Positions 8,834-17,419 of a stretch of 64,000 nucleotides of DNA are shown here, piece after piece. Source of the DNA: Planctomycetota bacterium (GTDB taxonomy: Bacteria; Planctomycetota; B15-G4); NCBI GenBank assembly GCA_965248575.1, contig CBDFJQ010000002.1, positions 928,001-992,000 of the forward strand, written 5' to 3'. Below the pieces are notes generated by a model. That model saw only the letters and a program-made list of their open reading frames with translations, had not been told where the DNA came from and ran no database searches. The number at the start of each line of letters is the position of its first letter. Position 1 is the first letter of the stretch. The translations under genes and the position numbers were made by a program.

Positions 8834-10287
8834 GGCGCCAGGACTTCCAGCAGCAGGTCGCGAACAGCCTTGGGGTTTGCCTTCCCTCGGGAGGCCCGCA
8901 TCACGGAACCCAGCAGAGCGTTCAGCAAGCCGTCGTTTCCCGCGCGATAGCGCTGCACGACATCGGCCTCATCGGCGACCACCTGCTCCACCATGCTGCG
9001 CAGCTCGCTGTCGTCCGAAACCTGCATCAGATCCAGTTGCTCGGCCAGGGCGACCGCCGTGGCGTCGGGCTGATCCTCCATGGCTGTTGCCAGCAGTCGA
9101 CCCGCTTGGACAGACACGCCCCCCGTGCTGACGAGCTGGACGAGTTCCGCCAAGCGAGCGGGACCCAGGTTCAACTCTCCGATGGGCAACTTCCTGTCGT
9201 TGGACAAGCGCAGGAGTTCGGACAGCATCCAGTTGGCCGTCTCCTTCGGCTTCTTGGTGAGGGCAAGCGCCGCCTCGAAGTAGTCGCCCAAGGGCTTCTC
9301 TGCCACCAGGGAGTCGGCGTCCTTCAAGCTCAGGCCCAGGACCTCCGTGTAGCGTGCGTGGCGGTCCCTCGGAAGCTCCGGAAGATCTCCGCGCAGCTGC
9401 TCGACCCAGGTCGGATCCACGGCGAATTCCGGCAGATCCGGCTCGGGGAAGTAGCGGTAGTCCAACGCGTCTTCTTTGCTGCGCAGGGTACGCGTCCTCC
9501 CGCTGTCCGGATCGTAAGCGAGGGTCTCCTGGACCACGACTCCGCCGGCATCCAGCACTTCAGCCTGGCGATCGATCTCGGCCTGCAGTGCACCAGCCAC
9601 GAAACGGAACGAGTTGAGGTTCTTGGTTTCGGTTCGCGTCCCGAAGGGCTCCGTCCCAGCTGGACGCAGGGAGATGTTGGCATCACAACGAAAGCCGCCC
9701 TTCTCCATGTCGCAGTCGGCCACCCCGGCGTAGCGCAGGGTTCGGCGCAGCTCTTGCAGGTAGGCCATCGCTTCCGCGGGCGAGTGCATGTCCGGGCCGG
9801 AGACGATCTCCAACAGCGGCGTTCCCGCGCGGTTCAGGTCCACCAGCGAGAGATTCATGCCGTCGGGGTGGATGATCTTCCCGGAGTCTTCTTCCAGGTG
9901 GGCCCGACCGATGGACACCGTGCGGTCGGTCCCGTCCTCGAGCCGGAAGCTGAACTGCCCGTCACGACAGAGCGGGCGATCGAACTGCGAGATCTGGTAG
10001 CCCTTCGGGAGGTCCGGGTAGAAGTAGTTCTTGCGATCGAATTTGGTGCTCGGATCGATGGTGCAACCCAAGGCCAGCCCGGCCAGGACACCCAGCCGCA
10101 GTGCCTCCTGGTTCAACGTCGGCAAGGTCCCCGGCTGACTGGTGCAGATGGGGCAGATGAGCGTGTTCGGCGGGGCACCGAAGCGCGCCTCGCAACGGCA
10201 GAACATCTTGCTCGCCGTCCCCAGCTGGACGTGCACCTCAAGGCCGATGACCGGTTCCCATGTCGTGCTGGTCGTGCTCGTCGTCAT
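8830..10287 (-). CDS. gatB: Asp-tRNA(Asn)/Glu-tRNA(Gln) amidotransferase subunit B
   Basis: IGLEVHVQL, RKNYFYPDLPKGYQISQ, DLNRAGTPLLEIV, YRYFPEPDL. Confidence 0.97.
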   Translation of the reverse strand: MTTSTTSTTWEPVIGLEVHVQLGTASKMFCRCEARFGAPPNTLICPICTSQPGTLPTLNQEALRLGVLAGLALGCTIDPSTKFDRKNYFYPDLPKGYQISQFDRPLCRDGQFSFRLEDGTDRTVSIGRAHLEEDSGKIIHPDGMNLSLVDLNRAGTPLLEIVSGPDMHSPAEAMAYLQELRRTLRYAGVADCDMEKGGFRCDANISLRPAGTEPFGTRTETKNLNSFRFVAGALQAEIDRQAEVLDAGGVVVQETLAYDPDSGRTRTLRSKEDALDYRYFPEPDLPEFAVDPTWVEQLRGDLPELPRDRHARYTEVLGLSLKDADSLVAEKPLGDYFEAALALTKKPKETANWMLSELLRLSNDRKLPIGELNLGPARLAELVQLVSTGGVSVQAGRLLATAMEDQPDATAVALAEQLDLMQVSDDSELRSMVEQVVADEADVVQRYRAGNDGLLNALLGSVMRASRGKANPKAVRDLLLEVLAP

Positions 10288-11783
10288 GCCTCGCCTCCGT
10301 GCAGTGCGCAGCGTTCAGGCTCTCCGCGAGCTGCCTCGAAGGCGCGTGCCGCCGCCAGGACACGATGATCTTGACCCGCCGCGCCTGTCAGCGAGAGCCC
10401 CACGGGCAGCCCCTTGCACGCGCCTTTGCGTGCGAGGCCGCAGGGGACCGACACACTGGGCAATCCCGCAAGGCACACAGGAGCCGTGAGCAGATCACAC
10501 AGGTACATGGAGTAGGCATCATTGCTGCGCTCACCCAGCTTGAAGGCGCCGAAGGGCGAGGTGGGCCCGGCGATGAGGTCGAACTCCTGGAAGAGCGCTG
10601 AGAACTCGTTGAGAATCAGCCTGCGGACCGAAAGCGCCTTCTTGTACCAGGCGTCTGCGTAGCCAGCGGAGAGAGCGAAGGTGCCGAGAGCGATCCGGCG
10701 CCTGACTTCCGGGCCGAACAAGCTGGCCCTCGTGTGGCTGTAGCGTTCCACCAGGTCGCCGAGGGCGTCGCGGTCCTCTTGCGTGGCGTCGGGAACGGGG
10801 CCGAAGTGGATGCCATCGAAGCGCGCCAGATTGCTGGACGCCTCGCTACACGCCACAAGGTAGTAGACGGGGATCGCGTGGTGCATCGTCGGCAGGCTGC
10901 CTTTCGGAACAACACGCGTGATGGCGCCAGCATCGTCGAGGGTCTGGATCGACGCGCTGATCTGCTCCAGGACACGGCTGTCCACGGCTTCATCCAGGAA
11001 TTCCTCCGGAATCCCGACCCTCAGCCCCTCGAGGTCAGCCCGCTCAGACAGAGCCGAAGGGCGCTTGCCCTCCCAGCTGGTGGAATCGCGAGGGTCGTGT
11101 CCAGCAATGACGTCGTATACCAAGGCCGCATCCTCGGCGTGCGCGGCGAGCGGTCCGATCACGTCGAGGGAAGAGCCGAAGGCCACCAGCCCCTGGCGTG
11201 AGACGGCGCCAAAAGTCGGCTTGAATCCGGTGATGCCACACAGTGCAGCCGGCTGACGAATGGAGCCACCCGTCTCCGACCCCAAGGCAACCGGGACGAT
11301 GCCGGCCGCCACGGCCGCAGCACTTCCGCCACTGCTTCCGCCTGGAACGCGGTCCGTGTCCCAGGGGTTGCGGCTCGCACCGAAGGCAGAGTTCTCCGTG
11401 GACGCTCCCATGGCAAACTCGTCGAGGTTCGTCCGCCCCAGGAGGACCGCACCCTCTGCAAGCAGTCGCTGCGCCACGAAGCCCGTGTACGGCGAACGAT
11501 AGCCCTCGAGAATGCGTGAGCCCGCTGTGAGCGTCGCACCGCGCACCGCCATGTTGTCCTTGAGCGAGATGGGCACCCCGGCCAGGCGCCCCGGGTCTTC
11601 ACCCTTGCGCAGGGTTTCGGCCACTTGTTCCGCGAGCCGCCGCGCCCGAGCCAGATCGGGGTCCAGGTAGGCCTGCACCATCGGGTCCCGCTTCTCCAGG
11701 CGGCGGATCGCATTCTCGGTGACGTCTTGGGGGTCGAACTCCCCAGAGCGCACGCGTGCTGCTATGGCGGTGGCGGAGAGCAT
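10284..11783 (-). CDS. gatA: Asp-tRNA(Asn)/Glu-tRNA(Gln) amidotransferase subunit A
   Basis: Amidase signature GGSSGGSAAAVA, GSETGGSIRQPA, SSNLARFDG, FGPEVRRRI; overlaps gatB by 4 nt. Confidence 0.97.
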   Translation of the reverse strand: MLSATAIAARVRSGEFDPQDVTENAIRRLEKRDPMVQAYLDPDLARARRLAEQVAETLRKGEDPGRLAGVPISLKDNMAVRGATLTAGSRILEGYRSPYTGFVAQRLLAEGAVLLGRTNLDEFAMGASTENSAFGASRNPWDTDRVPGGSSGGSAAAVAAGIVPVALGSETGGSIRQPAALCGITGFKPTFGAVSRQGLVAFGSSLDVIGPLAAHAEDAALVYDVIAGHDPRDSTSWEGKRPSALSERADLEGLRVGIPEEFLDEAVDSRVLEQISASIQTLDDAGAITRVVPKGSLPTMHHAIPVYYLVACSEASSNLARFDGIHFGPVPDATQEDRDALGDLVERYSHTRASLFGPEVRRRIALGTFALSAGYADAWYKKALSVRRLILNEFSALFQEFDLIAGPTSPFGAFKLGERSNDAYSMYLCDLLTAPVCLAGLPSVSVPCGLARKGACKGLPVGLSLTGAAGQDHRVLAAARAFEAARGEPERCALHGGEA

Positions 11784-11785
11784 GC

Positions 11786-12118
11786 TCAGGAATCTTCCGC
11801 CGTGTCCTCGGATCGTTCCGGGCGTTCAGGGCCCTCGACCACTCGCGGCACCACGAAGAACCCCTCCCGATGATTGGCGGACAGGGGCACGAGCACGTTG
11901 CGGGGGTCCGGAAAGGCCTCCACCACATCCGGCGCCGGGACGCCAGCCGCCGTCAGGACGTGCGCCATGGGCTCGATGCCGTCCGTGTCCACATCCTGGA
12001 TGGACTGAAAATGCACGAGCAACGACTCCAGCTCACCGCAGAGGGCCTGCTTCTCCTCGGGCGAGAGGCCCAGCCGGGAGAGCCCCGCGAGGCGTTCGAG
12101 CAACTCCTGAGTGATCAT
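11786..12118 (-). CDS. gatC: Asp-tRNA(Asn)/Glu-tRNA(Gln) amidotransferase subunit C
   Basis: Start at ATG 12118; MITQELLERLAGLSRL, VDTDGIEP, GFFVVPRV; directly upstream of gatA. Confidence 0.92.
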   Translation of the reverse strand: MITQELLERLAGLSRLGLSPEEKQALCGELESLLVHFQSIQDVDTDGIEPMAHVLTAAGVPAPDVVEAFPDPRNVLVPLSANHREGFFVVPRVVEGPERPERSEDTAEDS

Positions 12119-12482
12119 GTAGGTCGGTCGCGCTGAAAATGGGGGAGAAAAGCCCGAGACGGCATCCGGGGGCCCAGGGCGCACCAGACCTCTCGGGCGG
12201 GCGGTGATGCGGGGCTGGGTGCCGGGATGGGTGCCGTGGGCTGGCCGGAAGTCCGGCAATGCTAGCGCACCCGTCTCCAGACGTTCCAGCACCGCTCCCA
12301 GGTCGGTCTGGGGTCAGACTGGGGTCGGCTGGGCACATTCCGGGCACTCAGCGGGGCTGCAATCAAGGAGTCACGGACTGAGGGGCCCCACGTCCCTGCT
12401 CTCGTATTCGCTGGATTCCGTCCCCCGAATCCCTATGCCATGATAAATCCTTTCCAGGTCGGACCCCTCGGAGCCCCTCTGG

Positions 12483-13091
12483 GTGATGGAGTTCATCAAC
12501 CTCTCGTCGATCGGACTCGCCCTCGACATCGTCGGCGTGATCTTCCTCGCGAACTCCATGGGAGTCCGCAATCCGCGGCGCTTCATCCACGAGCACTTCG
12601 GGATCGAGCGGCAGCAACCCCTGCGTGCCGTACACCAACAGGTGCGTGTGAAGGCACAGATCTTCACGGGCTTCCTGTTCTTGATGGTGGGGTTCTCACT
12701 CCAGATCGTGGCCCAGCTGTCTCCCGCCTCGCCAACGGCTCCGGCCCCCGAGGGCTTCCCGCTCGAAGCGGCGGGCCTGCTGCTGGGCGGCATCATCGCC
12801 ACCACGACGGCGCTGCGCCTGGCACAGAATGCGTGGAGCCTCGCCGTCTTCCGCGGCCTGCTCAGCGAGTTTTTCCAGGATCACAGCGACTGGAACTTCG
12901 AGAAGCATCCGACCGAGACGCGGGAGATCGGAGAAATCCTCGGTGTCTCTCCGCTCGGGGATGACTCCATCGCGGACTACTCGGACCGCGTACGCGCGGC
13001 GCTCCGCCTTGCACCCCATGGCCGCCGCCGGGCATCAGCTGATGACGCCTTTGCTCCGCTGCGCAAGATGGGGGCGGGCCGCCGGCCGTAG
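12483..13091 (+). CDS. Hypothetical membrane protein (~3 TM segments)
   Basis: Three hydrophobic stretches, coding-like codon usage, divergent from gatC; start could be 12486. Confidence 0.65.
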   Translation: MMEFINLSSIGLALDIVGVIFLANSMGVRNPRRFIHEHFGIERQQPLRAVHQQVRVKAQIFTGFLFLMVGFSLQIVAQLSPASPTAPAPEGFPLEAAGLLLGGIIATTTALRLAQNAWSLAVFRGLLSEFFQDHSDWNFEKHPTETREIGEILGVSPLGDDSIADYSDRVRAALRLAPHGRRRASADDAFAPLRKMGAGRRP

Positions 13092-13809
13092 CAGCCTCGA
13101 CGCGGGGCCCGACCTTCTGGCGCTGCTGCTTCCCGGTCGGTGTCCGAGCTGCCAGGGTGTCTCCTCAGGCGATGTCTGCCAGAGCTGTCTGGGCGATTGC
13201 AGGCCTCCTCCCGGCCCGGCCTGCGTCCGGTGCGCGGCCCCTTGGACCCTCGCCGGCTTCAGGGAAGGCTGGTGCGGGCGCTGCTGGCGCTACAGACGAC
13301 CGTTCGCTTTCGAGGCGGCGCTGGCCCTCTGGCACTACCGCGGGGCCCCGCGCCGCATCGTCCTGGCCGTCAAGTTCTCCGGACGCCGTGACGCCCTGCG
13401 CCCGCTGGGCAGGCGCATGGCCCGCTGCACCCGGGCGGCCTCCCTACGAGCCGTTCATCGCCCCGACCTCGTGGTGCCCATCCCCGCCCGCTCGGCCTCG
13501 CGCCGTCAACGGGGCTACGACCAGGCCTTCGGCCTTGCCCAAGGCGTCGCAGAGTCCTTGGGAAGCTGTTGCGAAGCCAGTGCCCTCAGGCGCAGACGAG
13601 AACCTGCCCGAGCCCAAGCCCGCTCATCGGGCGAAGAGCGACGCAAGCAACTGCGTGCAGGTTTCCGGGCCCGGACTGCCCGGGTCTCTGGCCGATCCGT
13701 GCTGCTCGTGGACGACGTGCTGAGCACCGGCGCCACCGCCGATGCGGCGGCCCGCGCCCTCAAGCTGGCAGGGGCCTCATCCGTTCGCGTGCTGGTCCTG
13801 GCCAGCTAG
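13042..13809 (+). CDS. comF: ComF family protein (double zinc ribbon + phosphoribosyltransferase domain)
   Basis: CPSC/CQSC/CVRC/CGRC pairs, RGYDQA, LLVDDVLSTGAT; start codon uncertain. Confidence 0.85.
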   Translation: MTPLLRCARWGRAAGRSSLDAGPDLLALLLPGRCPSCQGVSSGDVCQSCLGDCRPPPGPACVRCAAPWTLAGFREGWCGRCWRYRRPFAFEAALALWHYRGAPRRIVLAVKFSGRRDALRPLGRRMARCTRAASLRAVHRPDLVVPIPARSASRRQRGYDQAFGLAQGVAESLGSCCEASALRRRREPARAQARSSGEERRKQLRAGFRARTARVSGRSVLLVDDVLSTGATADAAARALKLAGASSVRVLVLAS

Positions 13810-13826
13810 GCAGCGCGCCGAACGGC

Positions 13827-14522
13827 TCAGGACGAGCCGCGTGCCGCGTCGCGCAGATCTTTCATGTCGGACACGAAGCTCTCGATGGCTTCACGATCGT
13901 CGTCGGAGACCTTGGTGAAGTGCATCGACAGGGTCGTGACCGAATCGCCGATATCAGCCGACTCGATGCGCGCGCTGACGTCAAAGAACTCCTTGCGATA
14001 CAGCGGCAAGCGGAACTTGAGACGCACCTCGCGACCGCAGGCGAGCTGGTCCAAGGAGCCTGGTGCCTGGCATTCGATGCTGTCCTTCTCCAGCCGGCGG
14101 AGACGGGCCACCACGGGGCGGGTCTCTTCGGGCACGTGGATCATGACGGTGCTCTCGGACTCGCCGTCCAGCTCCACAGATGCGGTGCGGTCCAGCGCAG
14201 CCAAGGCTTCGTCATCGTCCTCGAAGGTGGAGAAGAGGCGATCCAGGCCCAGCGACTCCATGGCCTCGCGAACGCCAGCGCTGGGCTGGGAGATCACCAG
14301 ATCCCCGCCCTGGGCCTTGCACCCCTTGCGGGCCTTGATCATGGCGCCAAGCGCCGTGCTGTTGACGAATTTCACGAGGCGCATGTTGAGCACGATTTTG
14401 TGAACGCCGTCGGCGTGCACCTTCCCGATCTCATTGCTGAACGGGTTGGTCACGAATGAATCGAACTCACCCTTCAGGGTCAGGACGACGATTCCGGACA
14501 GGTTCTCCTTCAGAACTTTCAT
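13827..14522 (-). CDS. Anti-sigma factor antagonist (STAS) fused to a C-terminal PilZ-like domain
   Basis: STAS: LTLKGEFD, VKFVNSTALGAMI (phospho-acceptor Ser position), LGLDRLF; C-terminus VRLKFRLP...VSARI...SMHFTKVSDDDREAIESFV resembles PilZ. Confidence 0.8.
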   Translation of the reverse strand: MKVLKENLSGIVVLTLKGEFDSFVTNPFSNEIGKVHADGVHKIVLNMRLVKFVNSTALGAMIKARKGCKAQGGDLVISQPSAGVREAMESLGLDRLFSTFEDDDEALAALDRTASVELDGESESTVMIHVPEETRPVVARLRRLEKDSIECQAPGSLDQLACGREVRLKFRLPLYRKEFFDVSARIESADIGDSVTTLSMHFTKVSDDDREAIESFVSDMKDLRDAARGSS

Positions 14523-14718
14523 GGATCAATCCGTGAGGTCTGGCGAGGCTAGGCTGCTTGCGGGATGGCTGAGGTTCGCAACCGCCCTTCGGGAGTCGGC
14601 CAGGGGCCAACAGGACGTGAGTGCGAAGCGCGCCATTCTCATGGGGCCCGCGAGGAAGGTCAAGGCTGGTGGCCCTCGCGAACCCTTGTTTTCAACCCCG
14701 TGGACCGGCAAGGCGGAC

Positions 14719-14727
14719 TGGTACACT
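14719..14727 (+). promoter_or_regulatory. Candidate extended -10 promoter (TGgTACACT) for a leaderless PP2C mRNA
   Basis: TGn-TACACT separated by 7 nt from ATG 14735; no Shine-Dalgarno. Confidence 0.5.
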
Positions 14728-14734
14728 CCGCCGC

Positions 14735-16108
14735 ATGTGCGGCCTCTTTCGACGTAAGAAACCCAGTCCTCCCCACGAAGTCCCGGATCTACCGGCCTCA
14801 GGGGATCCGGCCACCGTCTTCTTCGACGGCGCCCAGACCACCTACATCACCGGCGATCGAGAGCGGGATTCCAGTCGTGTCCGCCTGCTGATCGACAGCC
14901 TGGGCGAAGTCAGCCGGCAGATGGACCCCGACAAGCTGCTCGAATCCATGGTGGACCGGGCCGTCAAGGTCGTGGGTGCCGAGCGGGGCTTGCTCTTCAC
15001 CCGCGACTCGGAATCCGACACCCCCGTGCTGCGGGTGGGCCGTGCCGCCGACGGACAGGAGCTACCCAAGGGCGCCACCTGGTCCACGCGCGAGATCCAG
15101 AGCGTGCTGGAGACGGGCGAGGCCATCTGCAAGAAAGCGGACGACGGCAAGGACTTCGACCCCAGCCAGTCCATGATCAGCCTCAACATCCGCTCAGTCA
15201 TGTGCGTGCCGCTGAAGTTCCAGGACGCCTTGGAAGGGGCCATCTACGTGGACGCTCGGGCATCCGAGCGCCCGTTCCAGAAGGCGGACCTGCGTTTCTT
15301 CGAGGCGTTCGCCGACATGCTCTCGATCGTCTGGACGAACCGCCGGGTCACCGAGGAGCGGGTCCTGAGTGAGCGCATGCAGCGTGACCTGGAGCTCGTT
15401 CGCGAGATCCAAGGCAACCTCTTCCCGAGCACGGAGCTGAAGTCGCACGGCATGACCATGTGCGGCCGGGTCATCCCTGCCACGGAAGCCGGGGGCGACT
15501 ACTTCGACTTCTTCAAGACGAAGAGCAACTTCCTCGCCATGGCCATCGGCGATGTGTCGGGTCACGGAGCTGGCCCGGCGCTGTTCATGTCGGGTGCCCG
15601 GGCGTATCTGCGCGCCTACAGCCAGACCGCGGAATCCCCGAAGGTGATCCTGCGCCGACTCAACCGTCACCTCGCGGGAGACATGGGCGACGACATGTTC
15701 ATGTCGATGTTCCTGTGCGTCGTCGACCAGGAGTCCCGGGACTTCTACTACGCCAACGCCGGTCATCCGAACCCGATCCTGCTGCACTCCACCACCGGCG
15801 AGCTCGAGGACTACAAGATCACCGGCATGGCGCTGGGCGTCGAGGACGACGCAGACTGGGGCGAACGCGGGCCCTACCAGCTGGACCCGGGCGACACGGT
15901 AGTGATGTTCACCGACGGCATCCTCGAGATGCGTCGCGGAGATGAACAGTACGGCCGCACGCGACTGGGTGAATCCATCCTGAAGCACAACCAGATGCCC
16001 GCCACGGAGCTGGTGGAGGCCCTCATCGCCGACGCCATCGACTGGGCTGGCCTGACGGGTCCGGCAGACGACGACATCACCCTCGCGGTCTTGCGCGCCG
16101 ATGCGTGA
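14735..16108 (+). CDS. GAF domain + SpoIIE/PP2C Ser/Thr phosphatase (RsbU-like)
   Basis: GAF (IRSVMCVPL...GAIYVD); PP2C motifs GGDYFD, IGDVSGHG, NAGHP, FTDG, DDIT. Confidence 0.9.
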   Translation: MCGLFRRKKPSPPHEVPDLPASGDPATVFFDGAQTTYITGDRERDSSRVRLLIDSLGEVSRQMDPDKLLESMVDRAVKVVGAERGLLFTRDSESDTPVLRVGRAADGQELPKGATWSTREIQSVLETGEAICKKADDGKDFDPSQSMISLNIRSVMCVPLKFQDALEGAIYVDARASERPFQKADLRFFEAFADMLSIVWTNRRVTEERVLSERMQRDLELVREIQGNLFPSTELKSHGMTMCGRVIPATEAGGDYFDFFKTKSNFLAMAIGDVSGHGAGPALFMSGARAYLRAYSQTAESPKVILRRLNRHLAGDMGDDMFMSMFLCVVDQESRDFYYANAGHPNPILLHSTTGELEDYKITGMALGVEDDADWGERGPYQLDPGDTVVMFTDGILEMRRGDEQYGRTRLGESILKHNQMPATELVEALIADAIDWAGLTGPADDDITLAVLRADA

Positions 16109-17405
16109 TGCAGGCAAGGGTGACCACCCGCTGAGCATCTCCAACGTGATCCTGCCGGAGCGGGATCTGGGCGAGCGCTACGATGTCCTCGTCGACGGCA
16201 AGGACATCGTCGAGATTGCCGTCGCCAAGGAGGGGGGTCTCGACCCCCAAGCCGAGCAGATGGACGGCAGGGGGCATTGGTTGCTGCCCGGCTTCATCGA
16301 CGACCACGTGCATTTGCGTGAGCCGGGCATGGAGTTCAAGGAAGGCTACGCCACGGGCACCCGGGCCGCAGCGGCAGGGGGCATCACGACGATGCTCGAA
16401 ATCCAGAACAACCAACCCTTGATGACGAGCCGGCGCGCCATCGAGGAGAAGCTGGAACAGGTCCGCCCGAAGTCCGTCGTCAACGTCGGCGTGTACGGCA
16501 GCCTGGTTCCAGCCATCCTCGGCCATGTCTCCGAAATGTCGGATCTCGTGGCGGGCTACAAGCTGTTCATGGGGCCCTCCACAGGCGGCATCGATGTGTC
16601 GGGCGAAGACCGCTTGCGGCGACTGTTCAGCGCGGTGGCCGAGACCGGGCACTGGCTTTTCGTCCATGCAGAGGACGGCGCAAGCATCGCCGCTGGAATC
16701 GCAGAACACGGCTCCGGTGGGGCGGCGAGCTGGCACCTGGCGCGCTCCGCCGAAGCGGAGATCGTCGCCACGCGAAACGCCATCGCATTCGGCAAGGAGT
16801 GCGGCACGCGCGTCCACATCTTCCACATGTCGAGCGGGGGGGCGGCCGAGCTCGTGCGCGATGCCAGGCAGTCCGGTCAGGCGGTGACGGGCGGAACCTG
16901 TCCGCACTACCTCTACTTCACGAACGAGGACACGGCGCGCATGGGGACGGTCCTGCGTGTCAACCCCTCGATCAAGACCAAGCAGGACCAAGAGGCCCTC
17001 GTCGAGGGATTGCGCAGCGGCTCCATCGACTGCCTGTCCTCCGACCATGCACCCCACCCTGCCGAAGAGAAGGCCAAGCCCTTTCCTGAGGCACCGTCCG
17101 GCATCCCTTGTCTGGACATCTTCATGCCGCTCTGCCTGACCTTGGTCGAGCGTGGCCTGCTCGACCTGGCGACGGTCATCGCACGCGGAGCCTCCACGCC
17201 CGCCGAAGTGCACGGCTTCACCCGCAAGGGCAGCGTAGCTGCGGGGTATGAAGCAGATCTCGTCCTCGTGGACCCCAGCGAGCGGCGGATCGTCCGCGGT
17301 GCCGAGCATCATTCGAAGGCCAAGCTCACGCCCTATGAGGGCATGGAGCTCATGGGCTGGCCCCGCATGACCATGGTGCAAGGGCGCATCGCCCACAGCA
17401 GCTGA
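16101..17405 (+). CDS. pyrC: Dihydroorotase-family cyclic amidohydrolase (dihydroorotase or allantoinase)
   Basis: DDHVHLREPG, GYKLFM, VHAED, FHMS, RVNPSI, SDHAPH; substrate not resolvable from motifs alone. Confidence 0.75.
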   Translation: MRDAGKGDHPLSISNVILPERDLGERYDVLVDGKDIVEIAVAKEGGLDPQAEQMDGRGHWLLPGFIDDHVHLREPGMEFKEGYATGTRAAAAGGITTMLEIQNNQPLMTSRRAIEEKLEQVRPKSVVNVGVYGSLVPAILGHVSEMSDLVAGYKLFMGPSTGGIDVSGEDRLRRLFSAVAETGHWLFVHAEDGASIAAGIAEHGSGGAASWHLARSAEAEIVATRNAIAFGKECGTRVHIFHMSSGGAAELVRDARQSGQAVTGGTCPHYLYFTNEDTARMGTVLRVNPSIKTKQDQEALVEGLRSGSIDCLSSDHAPHPAEEKAKPFPEAPSGIPCLDIFMPLCLTLVERGLLDLATVIARGASTPAEVHGFTRKGSVAAGYEADLVLVDPSERRIVRGAEHHSKAKLTPYEGMELMGWPRMTMVQGRIAHSS

Positions 17406-17419
17406 ACAGGGAGGGAGCC

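Noticed and set aside
12119..12482. 364-nt intergenic region checked for tRNA, T-box or small ORF
   Set aside because: No cloverleaf, T-box motif or convincing ORF; consistent with divergent promoters
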